Source of the DNA: an uncultured Thiothrix sp.
GTDB taxonomy: Bacteria; Pseudomonadota; Gammaproteobacteria; Thiotrichales; Thiotrichaceae
NCBI RefSeq assembly: GCF_937873765.1
Contig: NZ_CALMZC010000058.1
Location: 5,713 to 69,712, forward strand
Length of the DNA: 64,000 nucleotides
Direction: 5' to 3'
Shown here: in pieces, positions 26,415-35,301 of the stretch
How the letters are laid out: each line of letters starts with the position of its first letter
Position numbering within the stretch: the stretch's first letter is position 1
Notes under the pieces: generated by a model
Told to the model about the DNA's origin: nothing
What the model saw: the letters and a program-made list of their open reading frames with translations, nothing else
Databases searched by the model: none
Made by a program: the position numbers and the translations under genes

Positions 26415-27947
26415 TTATGTACTGGGCAGTAACTCAGGCGGCATATAATGCCTCAAAGCCCCACTACTAACCCATTGCTTGGCGCGTTCAATATCGGGCG
26501 CGAAGTAGCGATCCTTATCATAAAATGCTACTCGCTCGCGTAACTCTGCTTTCGCTGCTTCCAAACGCTCAGTCGTTTTTAAGGGTGCACGAAAATCCAA
26601 GCCTTGTGCTGCAGAAAGCAGTTCAATCGCCACAATCCCACACGTATTATCCGCCATTTCTAGTAAGCGCCGTGCGGCAAAGGTTGCCATCGACACATGG
26701 TCTTCCTGATTCGCAGAAGTGGGCATACTGTCCACTGAAGCGGGATGAGCAAAGGTTTTATTCTCGGAAGCTAAAGCGGCTGCGGTCACTTGCGCAATCA
26801 TAAAGCCGGAATTTACCCCACCATTGTTCACCAAAAACGGTGGCAATTTACTCAAGCTTGAATCAATCAATAAAGCCATGCGCCGCTCCGAAAGTGCACC
26901 AATCTCAGCAATCGCTAAGGCTAAATTATCTGCTGCGAATGCAATGGGTTCGGCATGGAAATTACCGCCGGAGATAAATTCATTTTCCTCTGCAAACACT
27001 AAAGGATTATCCGAAACCGCATTGGCTTCAGTAAGGATGACCTCGGCTGCTTGGCGAATTTGCTGCAAACACGCACCCATCACTTGCGGCTGACAACGTA
27101 GCGAATAAGGATCTTGTACCTTGCCACAGTTTTGATGTGAACTGCCTAGTTCTGAACCAGTACCCAATAAATGTCGATAGGTTGCCGCTACATCGATTTG
27201 GGTTTGATGACCACGCACGGCATGTACACGTGCATCAAAGGGCTTGCGGCTACCGAGTGCTGCTTCGACGGAAAACGCCCCTGCAACCGTTGCTGCTGCG
27301 AATAAGTCTTCCGCCGCAAATAAGCCTTGCAAGGCAAAAGCGGTAGAAGCTTGGGTGCCATTTAACAGGGCTAAACCTTCTTTGGGTGCAAGGGTAAGCG
27401 GGCTTAATTCCGCCTGCTTTAAGCCTTCGGAAGCGTGCAGTCGTTTGCCATCAATCATGACTTCGCCTTCACCTAAGAGCACCGTACTCATATGGGCTAA
27501 CGGGGCTAAATCCCCTGATGCTCCCACTGAACCCTTTTGTGGTACACAAGGATAGACTTGCTTATTGAGCAATTGCATCAAAGACTCAATCACTGCGTAG
27601 CGAATGCCTGAAAAGCCGCGCGCGAGGGAATTGATTTTTAATACTATCATCAAGCGCACGGTGGCTTCTTCCATGAGCGCTCCCGTACCTGCTGCATGCG
27701 AAAGCACAATACTACGTTGCAGCAGCTCTAAATCATGTGGCTCAATGCAGGTATTGGCGAGCAGACCAAAGCCGGTATTAATTCCATACACCACACGATT
27801 TTCGGTAATGACTTTGGCAACCGCTGCCGCACTGGCCTCGATTGCCGCACGGCAACTTGGATCAAGACTTACGTGAACGGGTTGTAAGGCGATTTGGCGT
27901 AGCTCGGCGAGGGTCAACTCCCCCGGCTTAATGACTAATTCAAACAT
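26415..27947 (-). CDS. hutH: Histidine ammonia-lyase
   Basis: [20 protein letters not shown] (MIO motif), [10 protein letters not shown]. Confidence 0.97.
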   Translation of the reverse strand: MFELVIKPGELTLAELRQIALQPVHVSLDPSCRAAIEASAAAVAKVITENRVVYGINTGFGLLANTCIEPHDLELLQRSIVLSHAAGTGALMEEATVRLMIVLKINSLARGFSGIRYAVIESLMQLLNKQVYPCVPQKGSVGASGDLAPLAHMSTVLLGEGEVMIDGKRLHASEGLKQAELSPLTLAPKEGLALLNGTQASTAFALQGLFAAEDLFAAATVAGAFSVEAALGSRKPFDARVHAVRGHQTQIDVAATYRHLLGTGSELGSSHQNCGKVQDPYSLRCQPQVMGACLQQIRQAAEVILTEANAVSDNPLVFAEENEFISGGNFHAEPIAFAADNLALAIAEIGALSERRMALLIDSSLSKLPPFLVNNGGVNSGFMIAQVTAAALASENKTFAHPASVDSMPTSANQEDHVSMATFAARRLLEMADNTCGIVAIELLSAAQGLDFRAPLKTTERLEAAKAELRERVAFYDKDRYFAPDIERAKQWVSSGALRHYMPPELLPST

Positions 27948-27948
27948 C

Positions 27949-29619
27949 TTAAGCCCCCGACATGGGTAAATCTAAGCCATGCTCACGTGCACAAGTTTGT
28001 GCAAGCTCATAACCTGCATCTGCATGGCGCATCACCCCGGTAGCTGGATCATTGCGTAAGACGCGCGCTAAACGCTTAGTGGCTGCCTCGGTACCATCGG
28101 CAACAATTACCACACCTGCATGTTGGCTAAAGCCCATCCCTACACCCCCACCATGATGCAGGGAGACCCAAGTTGCGCCGCCTGCAGTATTCAACAGGGC
28201 ATTCAATAAAGGCCAATCCGACACCGCATCTGAGCCATCTCGCATACTTTCGGTTTCACGATTGGGGCTAGCCACCGAACCCGAGTCTAAATGATCGCGT
28301 CCGATGACAATGGGTGCTTTCAATTCACCCGATTTGACCATCTCATTAAAGGCTAAACCTAAGCGCGCTCGATCTTTTAAACCCACCCAACAAATACGCG
28401 CGGGTAACCCTTGGAAGGCAATGCGTTCACGCGCCATATCCAGCCACTGATGCAAATGAGCATCGTCTGGAATCAGTTCTTTGACCTTCTGGTCAGTTTT
28501 ATAAATATCTTCGGGATCACCCGACAAAGCAGCCCAACGGAAGGGACCAATACCTTGACAGAACAGGGGGCGAATATAAGCAGGTACGAAACCGGGGAAA
28601 TCAAAAGCGTTTTCTACGCCTTTTTCCAAAGCCATCTGCCGAATATTATTGCCATAATCAGTAGTAGGAGCGCCGCGTTCTTGTAGGGTCAACATGGCAC
28701 GTACTTGAATCGCCATCGACTCTTTCGCTGCATGCACGACCGCATTTGGATCGGTTTCGCGCCTAGCTTTAGCTTGCTCCAAAGTCCAATCTTTGGGTAA
28801 ATAACCATTTAAAGGATCGTGCGCACTCGTTTGATCAGTGACGACATCCGGCAAAATATTCCGGGCGACAATTTCGGGGTAAATATCCGCGCAATTACCT
28901 AAGAGACCTACTGAAATTGCTTGGCCTTCGGCCTTAGCCGTGGCAATCATGTCTAAAGCCTCATCAAGGCTAGAAGCTTTTTTATCCACATAACGGGTGC
29001 GTAGACGAAAGTCGATGCGCGTTTCATCACATTCGACCGCGATACAAGAAAACCCTGCCATCGTTGCCGCTAAAGGTTGAGCACCACCCATGCCGCCTAA
29101 GCCGCCGGTGAGAATCCAACGTCCTCTAGTATCGCCGTGATAATGCTGCTTCGCCATCGCTACGAAGGTTTCATAAGTACCTTGCACAATGCCCTGCGAA
29201 CCAATGTAAATCCATGAGCCAGCGGTCATTTGTCCATACATCATTAGACCTTGCTTATCCAGTTCATTGAAGTGCTCCCAAGTCGCCCAATGGGGTACGA
29301 GATTAGAGTTGGCTAATAACACCCGCGGTGCATCCGCATGGGTTTGGAAGACACCGACGGGTTTTCCGGATTGAATTAATAAGGTTTGGTCGTCTTCAAG
29401 GCGTTTGAGTACTTCGATAATTTTGTCATAGCAAGCCCAATCGCGTGCCGCTCGCCCAATGCCACCGTAGACTACTAAGTCTTCAGGGCGCTCCGCGACA
29501 TCGGGGTGCAGGTTATTCATTAACATGCGCATCGGGGCTTCGGTGAGCCAAGATTTACAGCTTAGGGTTGTACCCGTGGGGGCGATAATGCGACGGTATG
29601 CGTCATGACGCTTATTCAT
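27949..29619 (-). CDS. hutU: Urocanate hydratase
   Basis: [24 protein letters not shown]; start placed at [12 protein letters not shown], overlapping the hutG stop. Confidence 0.97.
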   Translation of the reverse strand: MNKRHDAYRRIIAPTGTTLSCKSWLTEAPMRMLMNNLHPDVAERPEDLVVYGGIGRAARDWACYDKIIEVLKRLEDDQTLLIQSGKPVGVFQTHADAPRVLLANSNLVPHWATWEHFNELDKQGLMMYGQMTAGSWIYIGSQGIVQGTYETFVAMAKQHYHGDTRGRWILTGGLGGMGGAQPLAATMAGFSCIAVECDETRIDFRLRTRYVDKKASSLDEALDMIATAKAEGQAISVGLLGNCADIYPEIVARNILPDVVTDQTSAHDPLNGYLPKDWTLEQAKARRETDPNAVVHAAKESMAIQVRAMLTLQERGAPTTDYGNNIRQMALEKGVENAFDFPGFVPAYIRPLFCQGIGPFRWAALSGDPEDIYKTDQKVKELIPDDAHLHQWLDMARERIAFQGLPARICWVGLKDRARLGLAFNEMVKSGELKAPIVIGRDHLDSGSVASPNRETESMRDGSDAVSDWPLLNALLNTAGGATWVSLHHGGGVGMGFSQHAGVVIVADGTEAATKRLARVLRNDPATGVMRHADAGYELAQTCAREHGLDLPMSGA

Positions 29620-30565
29620 GCTGTCCTCCAGTGATGCTATAAAACAGTCGTGCAGCGACACGGGCTGTCTGTAAATCTTGATCGTAGTTAGGGTTATATT
29701 CTGCAATATCGGCGAGGCGCAATTTTTGGCTGGCGCGAATCAATTCAATGACAGGCTCTAACACTTCTAAATTCACCCCTCGTGCGGCTGGTGCGCTCAC
29801 ACCGGGGGCGACACCTGCCGGCAAAACATCCAAATCAATCGTGAGATAAAGGTGATCACAGCCTGCGATGAAGTTTTTCACTTGTAATAAGGTGTCGGCT
29901 GAATCCAGCAAGCTCATCTGCTTATCCAAGCGATAAGACACTTGCCAATTCTGAGCGCGTTGGAATAAAGCTTGAGTATTTGCCATTTCACTCACACCCA
30001 AACAGCAATACTGAAACGGCCAGCCCCGCTTCTTGCAGCTTTGCGCAATTTGATAAAAGGGTGTCCCTGAGTTGCAGCCATTCGCATCCGTGCGAAGATC
30101 AAAATGTGCATCGAAATTGATGATACCGATCTTGGGGGCTGGTGTACGAGCTAAGTGATTGGCTAAACCCAACCAAGACCCATAAGCTACTTCATGTCCA
30201 CCCCCGAGGGTAATCGGGAAATGATTTTGTTCAAGTAGCTGAGTAATTTGGTTAGCAAGATTGATCTGTGCGCTTTCCAAATCGCCTTCTAAACAACACA
30301 CATTACCTGCATCATAAACTACTTGCTTGATACTCCATGGAATACCCGCCAAGAGTTTGCGAATTTGGTTCGGCGCTTGGGCTGCACCGACCCTTCCTTG
30401 ATTACGGCGCACGCCTTCATCCGAGCAAAAGCCAACAATTGCTAAACCGCTGGAGTTCGCCCTAGCAAGCGGTTTGATCAACTGATGCAATCGCTGGGAG
30501 AGTTCAGGAATTTCACCCTGATCAATTCGCCCTGTCCAAATACCCTTAAAATCAAACTCAGACAT
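29612..30565 (-). CDS. hutG: Formimidoylglutamase
   Basis: [38 protein letters not shown] (arginase fold). Confidence 0.93.
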   Translation of the reverse strand: MSEFDFKGIWTGRIDQGEIPELSQRLHQLIKPLARANSSGLAIVGFCSDEGVRRNQGRVGAAQAPNQIRKLLAGIPWSIKQVVYDAGNVCCLEGDLESAQINLANQITQLLEQNHFPITLGGGHEVAYGSWLGLANHLARTPAPKIGIINFDAHFDLRTDANGCNSGTPFYQIAQSCKKRGWPFQYCCLGVSEMANTQALFQRAQNWQVSYRLDKQMSLLDSADTLLQVKNFIAGCDHLYLTIDLDVLPAGVAPGVSAPAARGVNLEVLEPVIELIRASQKLRLADIAEYNPNYDQDLQTARVAARLFYSITGGQHE

Positions 30566-31796
30566 AGGTAATCTCTCCTGCAAATACACGCTGTTTAATC
30601 GGATTAATCCCCACTTGATAAGCTAGTTCGGCGGGATGTTGGATATCCCAAACGATAAAATCTGCTGCAAAACCATTGCGTAATTGCCCGATTTGGTTTT
30701 GCAGACCTAAGGCTTGTGCTGCATGGCGAGTCACACCCATTAAGGCTTCCTCTGGTGTTAAGCGAAATAAAGTACAAGCCATGTTCATCGCCAAACGAAT
30801 TGAAGCCAAAGGCGCCGTACCGGGATTAAAGTCCGTTGCTACCGCCATCGGCACTTGATAGCGACGTAATAGCTCAATCGGTGGAACTTTAGTTTCGCGT
30901 AGGAAATAAAATGCAGTGGGCAATAGGGTTGCAACCGTGCCAGACTCCGCCATTGCCGCGACACCGGTTTCATCCAACCATTCCAAATGATCGGCTGACC
31001 ATGCGTGATAGCGTACCGCTAAAGTAGCTGCCTGTTGATTACTCAGTTGTTCGGCGTGGACATGAATGCCTAAACTGTGGGCTTGTGCTGTCTGCAAAAT
31101 ACGCTCGGTTTGTGTAGGGTTAAAGGCAAAATGCTCACAAAATACATCGACTGCATCGGCTAGATGTTCTGCCACAGCCGCAGGAAGCAGTTCTGCACAA
31201 ATCCAATCCACATACGCATCAGCACGATGTTTGTATTCTGGAGGTAAAGCATGTGCACCTAATAAGGTGGTGGATACGCGTACTGGAAAACGCTTGGCTA
31301 ATTCACGTGCTGCCTGCAGCATTTTGAGTTCAGTGCCTAAATCCAAACCATAGCCAGATTTTATTTCAATAGTGGTGATACCTTCGGTAATCAGTGCTTT
31401 TAAGCGTGGAACTGCTAATTCAATCAACTGCTCAACACTGGTATTGCGGGTCGCTCGAACCGTAGAAAGGATACCACCACCTTGTTGGGCGATTTGTTCG
31501 TAACTTGTACCTAATAAGCGCTGTTCAAATTCTTGGGCACGGTTGCCTGCATGGATGAGGTGAGTGTGGCAGTCAATTAGACCGGGGGTGAGGAGAGCAC
31601 CTTGGACGTCGAGGATTTGAGAGTGCGTTAACTGTGAAGATTCTTGTTCAAAGGTCGCCATCGGTGCAATGCAATGAATTACACCTTGGCTAACGCCTAA
31701 AGCTTGGTTAGGTAATAATCCATAGGCTAGCGTTGAGATGGGGTCAAAGCTTGCCAGTTGAACGTTAATCCAAATTTTCTCACAGAGTTGAAACAC
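30558..31796 (-). CDS. hutI: Imidazolonepropionase
   Basis: PGLIDCHTH, EIKSGYGL, HAEQLS and ATDFNPG; GTG start with GAGGAGGAG RBS. Confidence 0.95.
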   Translation of the reverse strand: MFQLCEKIWINVQLASFDPISTLAYGLLPNQALGVSQGVIHCIAPMATFEQESSQLTHSQILDVQGALLTPGLIDCHTHLIHAGNRAQEFEQRLLGTSYEQIAQQGGGILSTVRATRNTSVEQLIELAVPRLKALITEGITTIEIKSGYGLDLGTELKMLQAARELAKRFPVRVSTTLLGAHALPPEYKHRADAYVDWICAELLPAAVAEHLADAVDVFCEHFAFNPTQTERILQTAQAHSLGIHVHAEQLSNQQAATLAVRYHAWSADHLEWLDETGVAAMAESGTVATLLPTAFYFLRETKVPPIELLRRYQVPMAVATDFNPGTAPLASIRLAMNMACTLFRLTPEEALMGVTRHAAQALGLQNQIGQLRNGFAADFIVWDIQHPAELAYQVGINPIKQRVFAGEITYV

Positions 31797-31814
31797 AACT
31801 CCTCCTCAGGTATT

Positions 31815-31834
31815 TGTATATATATGTATATACG
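31815..31834. promoter_or_regulatory. Probable HutC operator
   Basis: TGTATATATATGTATATACG matches TGTA-N2-TACA-type HutC boxes and lies just upstream of hutI. Confidence 0.65.
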
Positions 31835-31915
31835 TTAACAGCCTGAAAGCAAAAGTCAAGTTACTATCTTGTTTAATAGACTTGAGGATTTTCCTCTATT
31901 AATTCCGCTTATCTG

Positions 31916-31943
31916 AAAAAACAAAACCCCCGGCTAGCGGGGG
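31916..31943 (-). terminator. Intrinsic terminator of the candidate sRNA
   Basis: Minus strand CCCCCG-CTAGC-CGGGGG followed by TTTTGTTTTTT. Confidence 0.85.
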
Positions 31944-32021
31944 CAGAGGTTGCAGGTTTACACCTGTATAATTATTCTTATTGTAGTTCTGATCGAAGTT
32001 CTCAGGACACTCTGTTTTAAA

Positions 32022-32249
32022 TCCCCCCTGCGCTGTTAACACAGGGGGTATCAGGAGTCGAGGCATGGCAGGCTACTTATTTTTATTATGTATTAAGCCT
32101 AACTCGCTACCTCTTAGGGCTTGCTGTTGAACTTCTAACTTCTCCTAAAGTCCCCCCCACTTACGCAGGGGGTATCAGGAGTCGAGGTCTTACAGGCAAC
32201 TTATTTTTGTTGTTGTTTTATGCCTGCTTTCTACCTCTTGGGGCTTGTT
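32022..32249. repeat. Two copies of a ~100-bp module (32022-32125 and 32151-32249)
   Basis: Identical 22-bp core CAGGGGGTATCAGGAGTCGAGG at 32042 and 32166, 124 bp apart, with similar flanks. Confidence 0.9.
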
Positions 32250-32305
32250 GTCTTTATTCCGTTAACCCTTTCTTTTTTTATTCTCGTCCCTTGTGATCTG
32301 TATAC

Positions 32306-32322
32306 TGCAACGGCTGTGCCAA
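32306..32322 (-). promoter_or_regulatory. sigma54 (-24/-12) promoter
   Basis: Minus strand TTGGCAC-AGCCG-TTGCA, a full match to TGGCAC-N5-TTGCA. Confidence 0.85.
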
Positions 32323-32409
32323 CTTGATTGGTAGCGACTTAACTACATGATCTGTAAGGTGTTCAAAGAAATTAAGTTTATTTAATCGACAAAGCTAATC
32401 AGTATGAAA

Positions 32410-32486
32410 CTGTCAAGAAGTGACAGAACTGACAGTAGCAATTGACACAAAACAGCCAGAAGTCGGCTTTGTGTCACTGATTGTCA
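32410..32486. promoter_or_regulatory. Candidate enhancer (UAS) for a sigma54 activator
   Basis: Six TGTCA/TGACA pentamers in 77 bp, including CTGTCA-N5-TGACAG, 115-190 bp upstream of the predicted +1. Confidence 0.6.
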
Positions 32487-32510
32487 GATTATGAGCGGTA
32501 GAAAGGAGCG

Positions 32511-33122
32511 TTAGCTGAGGCTAGAGCGTAAAGCTTGGCGAATCATTTCTTCAACATTGAGATTTTGATTTTCTAAAGGCGCAATCATTTTGCTGGCTTG
32601 AGCAGGTTTATAGCCTAAAGCTAATAACGCATTGAGCGCCTCTTCAACAGGGGAAATAATTGTGAAAGGAGTGTTTGACTGTTTATGGTTGCCTATAAGT
32701 GGCTGGCTAGTATCGACTCTTGGTAAGCGATCACGCATTTCGATAATTAAGCGCTCAGCGGTTTTTTTACCTACGCCCGGAATGCGACTCAGGGCATTGG
32801 CATCGGCTGCATGAATTAGTTGGGCAAATTCAGTGGGAGTCATACCTGAAACGATGGCTAGAGCCATCTTTGGGCCTATGCCTGTGACCTTCAGAAGATG
32901 ACGGAAGAGGGCGCGTTCATCTTGTGAGCTAAAGCCAAATAAGGTTTGAGCATCTTCGCGCACGACGAAATGCGTATAAATTGTCACTTCAGTTTGCTGA
33001 TCAAGCGGCAGATTATAGAAGGTATTCATGGAAGCTTGTAGCTCATAGCCTACACCATGCACTTCAAGTAAAAGTTCGGGAGGCTGCTTATAAATAACTT
33101 TGCCGCGCAATAAGCCGATCAT
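32511..33122 (-). CDS. ruvA: Holliday junction branch migration protein RuvA
   Basis: MIGLLRGK, LLKVTGIGPKMALAI, IPGVGKKTAER. Confidence 0.97.
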   Translation of the reverse strand: MIGLLRGKVIYKQPPELLLEVHGVGYELQASMNTFYNLPLDQQTEVTIYTHFVVREDAQTLFGFSSQDERALFRHLLKVTGIGPKMALAIVSGMTPTEFAQLIHAADANALSRIPGVGKKTAERLIIEMRDRLPRVDTSQPLIGNHKQSNTPFTIISPVEEALNALLALGYKPAQASKMIAPLENQNLNVEEMIRQALRSSLS

Positions 33123-33149
33123 GGTCTTTCCTTTGAATGAAGCGAATCT

Positions 33150-33659
33150 TTAGCGGATCAGGCGCACCGCTTGAGCAATGCGATTATTTAAATGACTGGT
33201 ATGAGCATGGCACAAGGCGACAGCTAAGGCATCCGCAGTGTCCGCTTGTAATTGGCCTTGGAGATTGAGTAAGACTTTTACCATATGCTGCACTTGCGCC
33301 TTATCTGCAGCGCCTTTACCGACGGTTGCTTGTTTAACTTGCTTGGCGCTGTATTCATGCACGGGCAACAGCAAAGTCACCCCCGCACAAATCGCTGCAC
33401 CCCGTGCTTGGCCTAATTTTAATGCGCCACCGGCATTAGTGGCCACGAACACATCTTCCACACTCATTTCATCAGGATGCCAAGCGCGAATGATTTGTGA
33501 GATTTCAGCAAAAATAATCCCCAAACGTTCAGGTAAAGGACGATCACCTAAGCGGATACAGGTACTATAGATATGCTTGATTTTTTGTCCATCGGTCTCA
33601 ATGACACCGATTCCGGTAATCCGAGAACCGGGGTCAATACCGATGATGCGCCGAGTCAT
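33150..33659 (-). CDS. ruvC: Crossover junction endodeoxyribonuclease RuvC
   Basis: IIGIDPGSRITG, ALKLGQARG, DTADALAVALCH. Confidence 0.97.
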   Translation of the reverse strand: MTRRIIGIDPGSRITGIGVIETDGQKIKHIYSTCIRLGDRPLPERLGIIFAEISQIIRAWHPDEMSVEDVFVATNAGGALKLGQARGAAICAGVTLLLPVHEYSAKQVKQATVGKGAADKAQVQHMVKVLLNLQGQLQADTADALAVALCHAHTSHLNNRIAQAVRLIR

Positions 33660-33671
33660 CTTAATTTTCGC

Positions 33672-34430
33672 TTATTCAGCCGTTAAAGCGGTCATTACAG
33701 ATTCTGAAATATCTGCATTGGAATAGACCTCTTGAACATCATCTAAGTCCTCTAAGAGATCAATCATTTTTAACAGCTTCTCGGCGACTTCTAAATCAGT
33801 AATTTCAGTCAAATTATCCGCCCGCATAGTGACTTCAGAGCTATCAGGAGTAAAGCCTGCTTCTACTAAAGCTGTTTGCACGGCTGCGAAATCTTCTGGA
33901 GTAGTGATAACTTCAATAGTGCCATCATCTTCAGTGACGACATCACTCGCACCGGCTTCTAGAGCAGCTTCCATCAGGGCATCTTCATTCACACCCGCAG
34001 CGAAACTCATCACGCCTAGGTTTTTGAACATATAAGCCACTGAACCATTCGTACCTAAGTTACCGCCATTCTTACTAAAGGCATGTCGCACTTCAGCAAC
34101 CGTGCGATTGAGGTTATCGGTTGAAGTTTCCACTAAAACCGCAATCCCACCAGGGCCATAACCTTCATAAGTGACATCGGTATAATTGTCTGCACCTAAT
34201 TCACCAGCCCCGCGTTTGCAGGCTTTTTCAATCGTATCTTTCGGCATATTTGCGCCGAGTGCTTTGGCAACCGCTAAACGTAAACGTGGATAAGCATTCG
34301 GATCAGCGGTTTTGCCTTCACGGGCGGCAACGGTGATTTCCCGAATCAGTTTCGTCCAAACTTTGCCACGTTTTTTATCCACTGCGGCTTTCTGGTGTTT
34401 AATATTTGCCCACTTACTATGGCCAGCCAT
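33672..34430 (-). CDS. yebC: YebC/PmpR family protein
   Basis: [20 protein letters not shown]. Confidence 0.97.
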   Translation of the reverse strand: MAGHSKWANIKHQKAAVDKKRGKVWTKLIREITVAAREGKTADPNAYPRLRLAVAKALGANMPKDTIEKACKRGAGELGADNYTDVTYEGYGPGGIAVLVETSTDNLNRTVAEVRHAFSKNGGNLGTNGSVAYMFKNLGVMSFAAGVNEDALMEAALEAGASDVVTEDDGTIEVITTPEDFAAVQTALVEAGFTPDSSEVTMRADNLTEITDLEVAEKLLKMIDLLEDLDDVQEVYSNADISESVMTALTAE

Positions 34431-34502
34431 AACTCAATCTCATCTACTAACTTCAAAAAATGGCAGGTAGTCTATCACAGCCTATTTATGCTTGGGCGGG
34501 TT

Positions 34503-34667
34503 TCAAATCTCGACCATCACAAAATCGGCTTTAGTGACCCCACATTCTGGGCAAACCCAATCATTAGGTACATCATCCCAGCGCGTACCAGGAACGATAC
34601 CTTCATCAGGTAAACCCAGTTCTTCATCATACATAAAGCCACAGACAAGGCACATCCAAGCTTTCAT
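34503..34667 (-). CDS. Rubredoxin (54 aa)
   Basis: Below the ORF-track cutoff. Manual translation [54 protein letters not shown] has two CxxCG motifs. Confidence 0.95.
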   Translation of the reverse strand: MKAWMCLVCGFMYDEELGLPDEGIVPGTRWDDVPNDWVCPECGVTKADFVMVEI

Positions 34668-34798
34668 CTAATCTACTCCAAGCAAATTACAATCAGGTAT
34701 CTGGCTGGTGATTATCAGAAATGAACCTGAATAATTCAAATAAAGCTGGTGGGCAAAGTAAGAAGTAACTGGGGAAGAAAGGAGCAGTAGAAGACAGA

Positions 34799-34852
34799 TC
34801 CACTCAAACGAGTCTAAGTAGAGGAGGAGTTACTTAAACTCGCTGAGCTGGA
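34799..34852 (-). ncRNA. Cuckoo-like hairpin with ACUCCUCCUC loop in the DUF1127 3' region
   Basis: About 21-bp stem with 2 bulges; core CGAGUUUAAGUA/UACUUAGACUCG closes a 10-nt anti-SD-like loop; starts 16 nt after the stop. Confidence 0.6.
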
Positions 34853-34867
34853 GGAAAATACTTAAAC

Positions 34868-35086
34868 TTAAGCAACATGACGCTGTTCATCGTCGATGCC
34901 TTTACGGCCATGGCGAACAGCATATTCGATTTCACTACGTACTAAACCCATATCGCTTAAATCACGGTCACTTAAGGAATGCAGGTCACGGATTGCTTGA
35001 CGAATTTCAGAGCCGCTATGTTCGCTGTCATTAGCGGCAGCTTCTGGGTGCACTAAACTACTAAAAAAATTAAATAAACTTTTCAT
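34868..35086 (-). CDS. DUF1127 (YjiS-like) small protein
   Basis: DLHSLSDRDLSDMGLVRSEI fits the L-x2-LSD-x2-L-x-DxG-x2-R pattern. Confidence 0.85.
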   Translation of the reverse strand: MKSLFNFFSSLVHPEAAANDSEHSGSEIRQAIRDLHSLSDRDLSDMGLVRSEIEYAVRHGRKGIDDEQRHVA

Positions 35087-35137
35087 TTTATCTCCGCTAA
35101 AAGTTATTTTGTTTTGACCAGTGTAGCTTAAGAATTT

Positions 35138-35152
35138 TGTTGCATTGCAGCA
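35138..35152. promoter_or_regulatory. Near-palindrome resembling a PhaR-type operator upstream of the DUF1127 gene
   Basis: TGTTGCATTGCAGCA. Confidence 0.4.
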
Positions 35153-35301
35153 AGCAAGGCTTTTTCAAGGGGAGGGTGAGATAAGTTAACCTTACAATGC
35201 ATTTAAGTCGGGAACTTTTAGCGCTTTTGCTAACACCAAGCTTTCTTGGTTTTCAGGTATACTCGCCGCCATTTATAGAGCTAACCTAATATTTAAGCAG
35301 C

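Larger units (their letters stand above)
31916..32295 (-). ncRNA. Candidate sigma54-dependent sRNA of about 380 nt (CrcZ-like Hfq sponge, or hut leader)
   Basis: Bounded by a -24/-12 promoter and a terminator; no ORF of 60 aa or more; four AANAANAA-containing tracts; duplicated hairpin module. Confidence 0.7.

Noticed and set aside
27949-29706. Extended 585-aa HutU from the ORF track
   Set aside because: The extra 29 codons overlap hutG; ATG 29619 gives a normal start/stop overlap.
32022-32249. CRISPR array or REP element
   Set aside because: Only two copies, the spacer regions are themselves similar, and no cas genes are present; a duplicated RNA module fits better.
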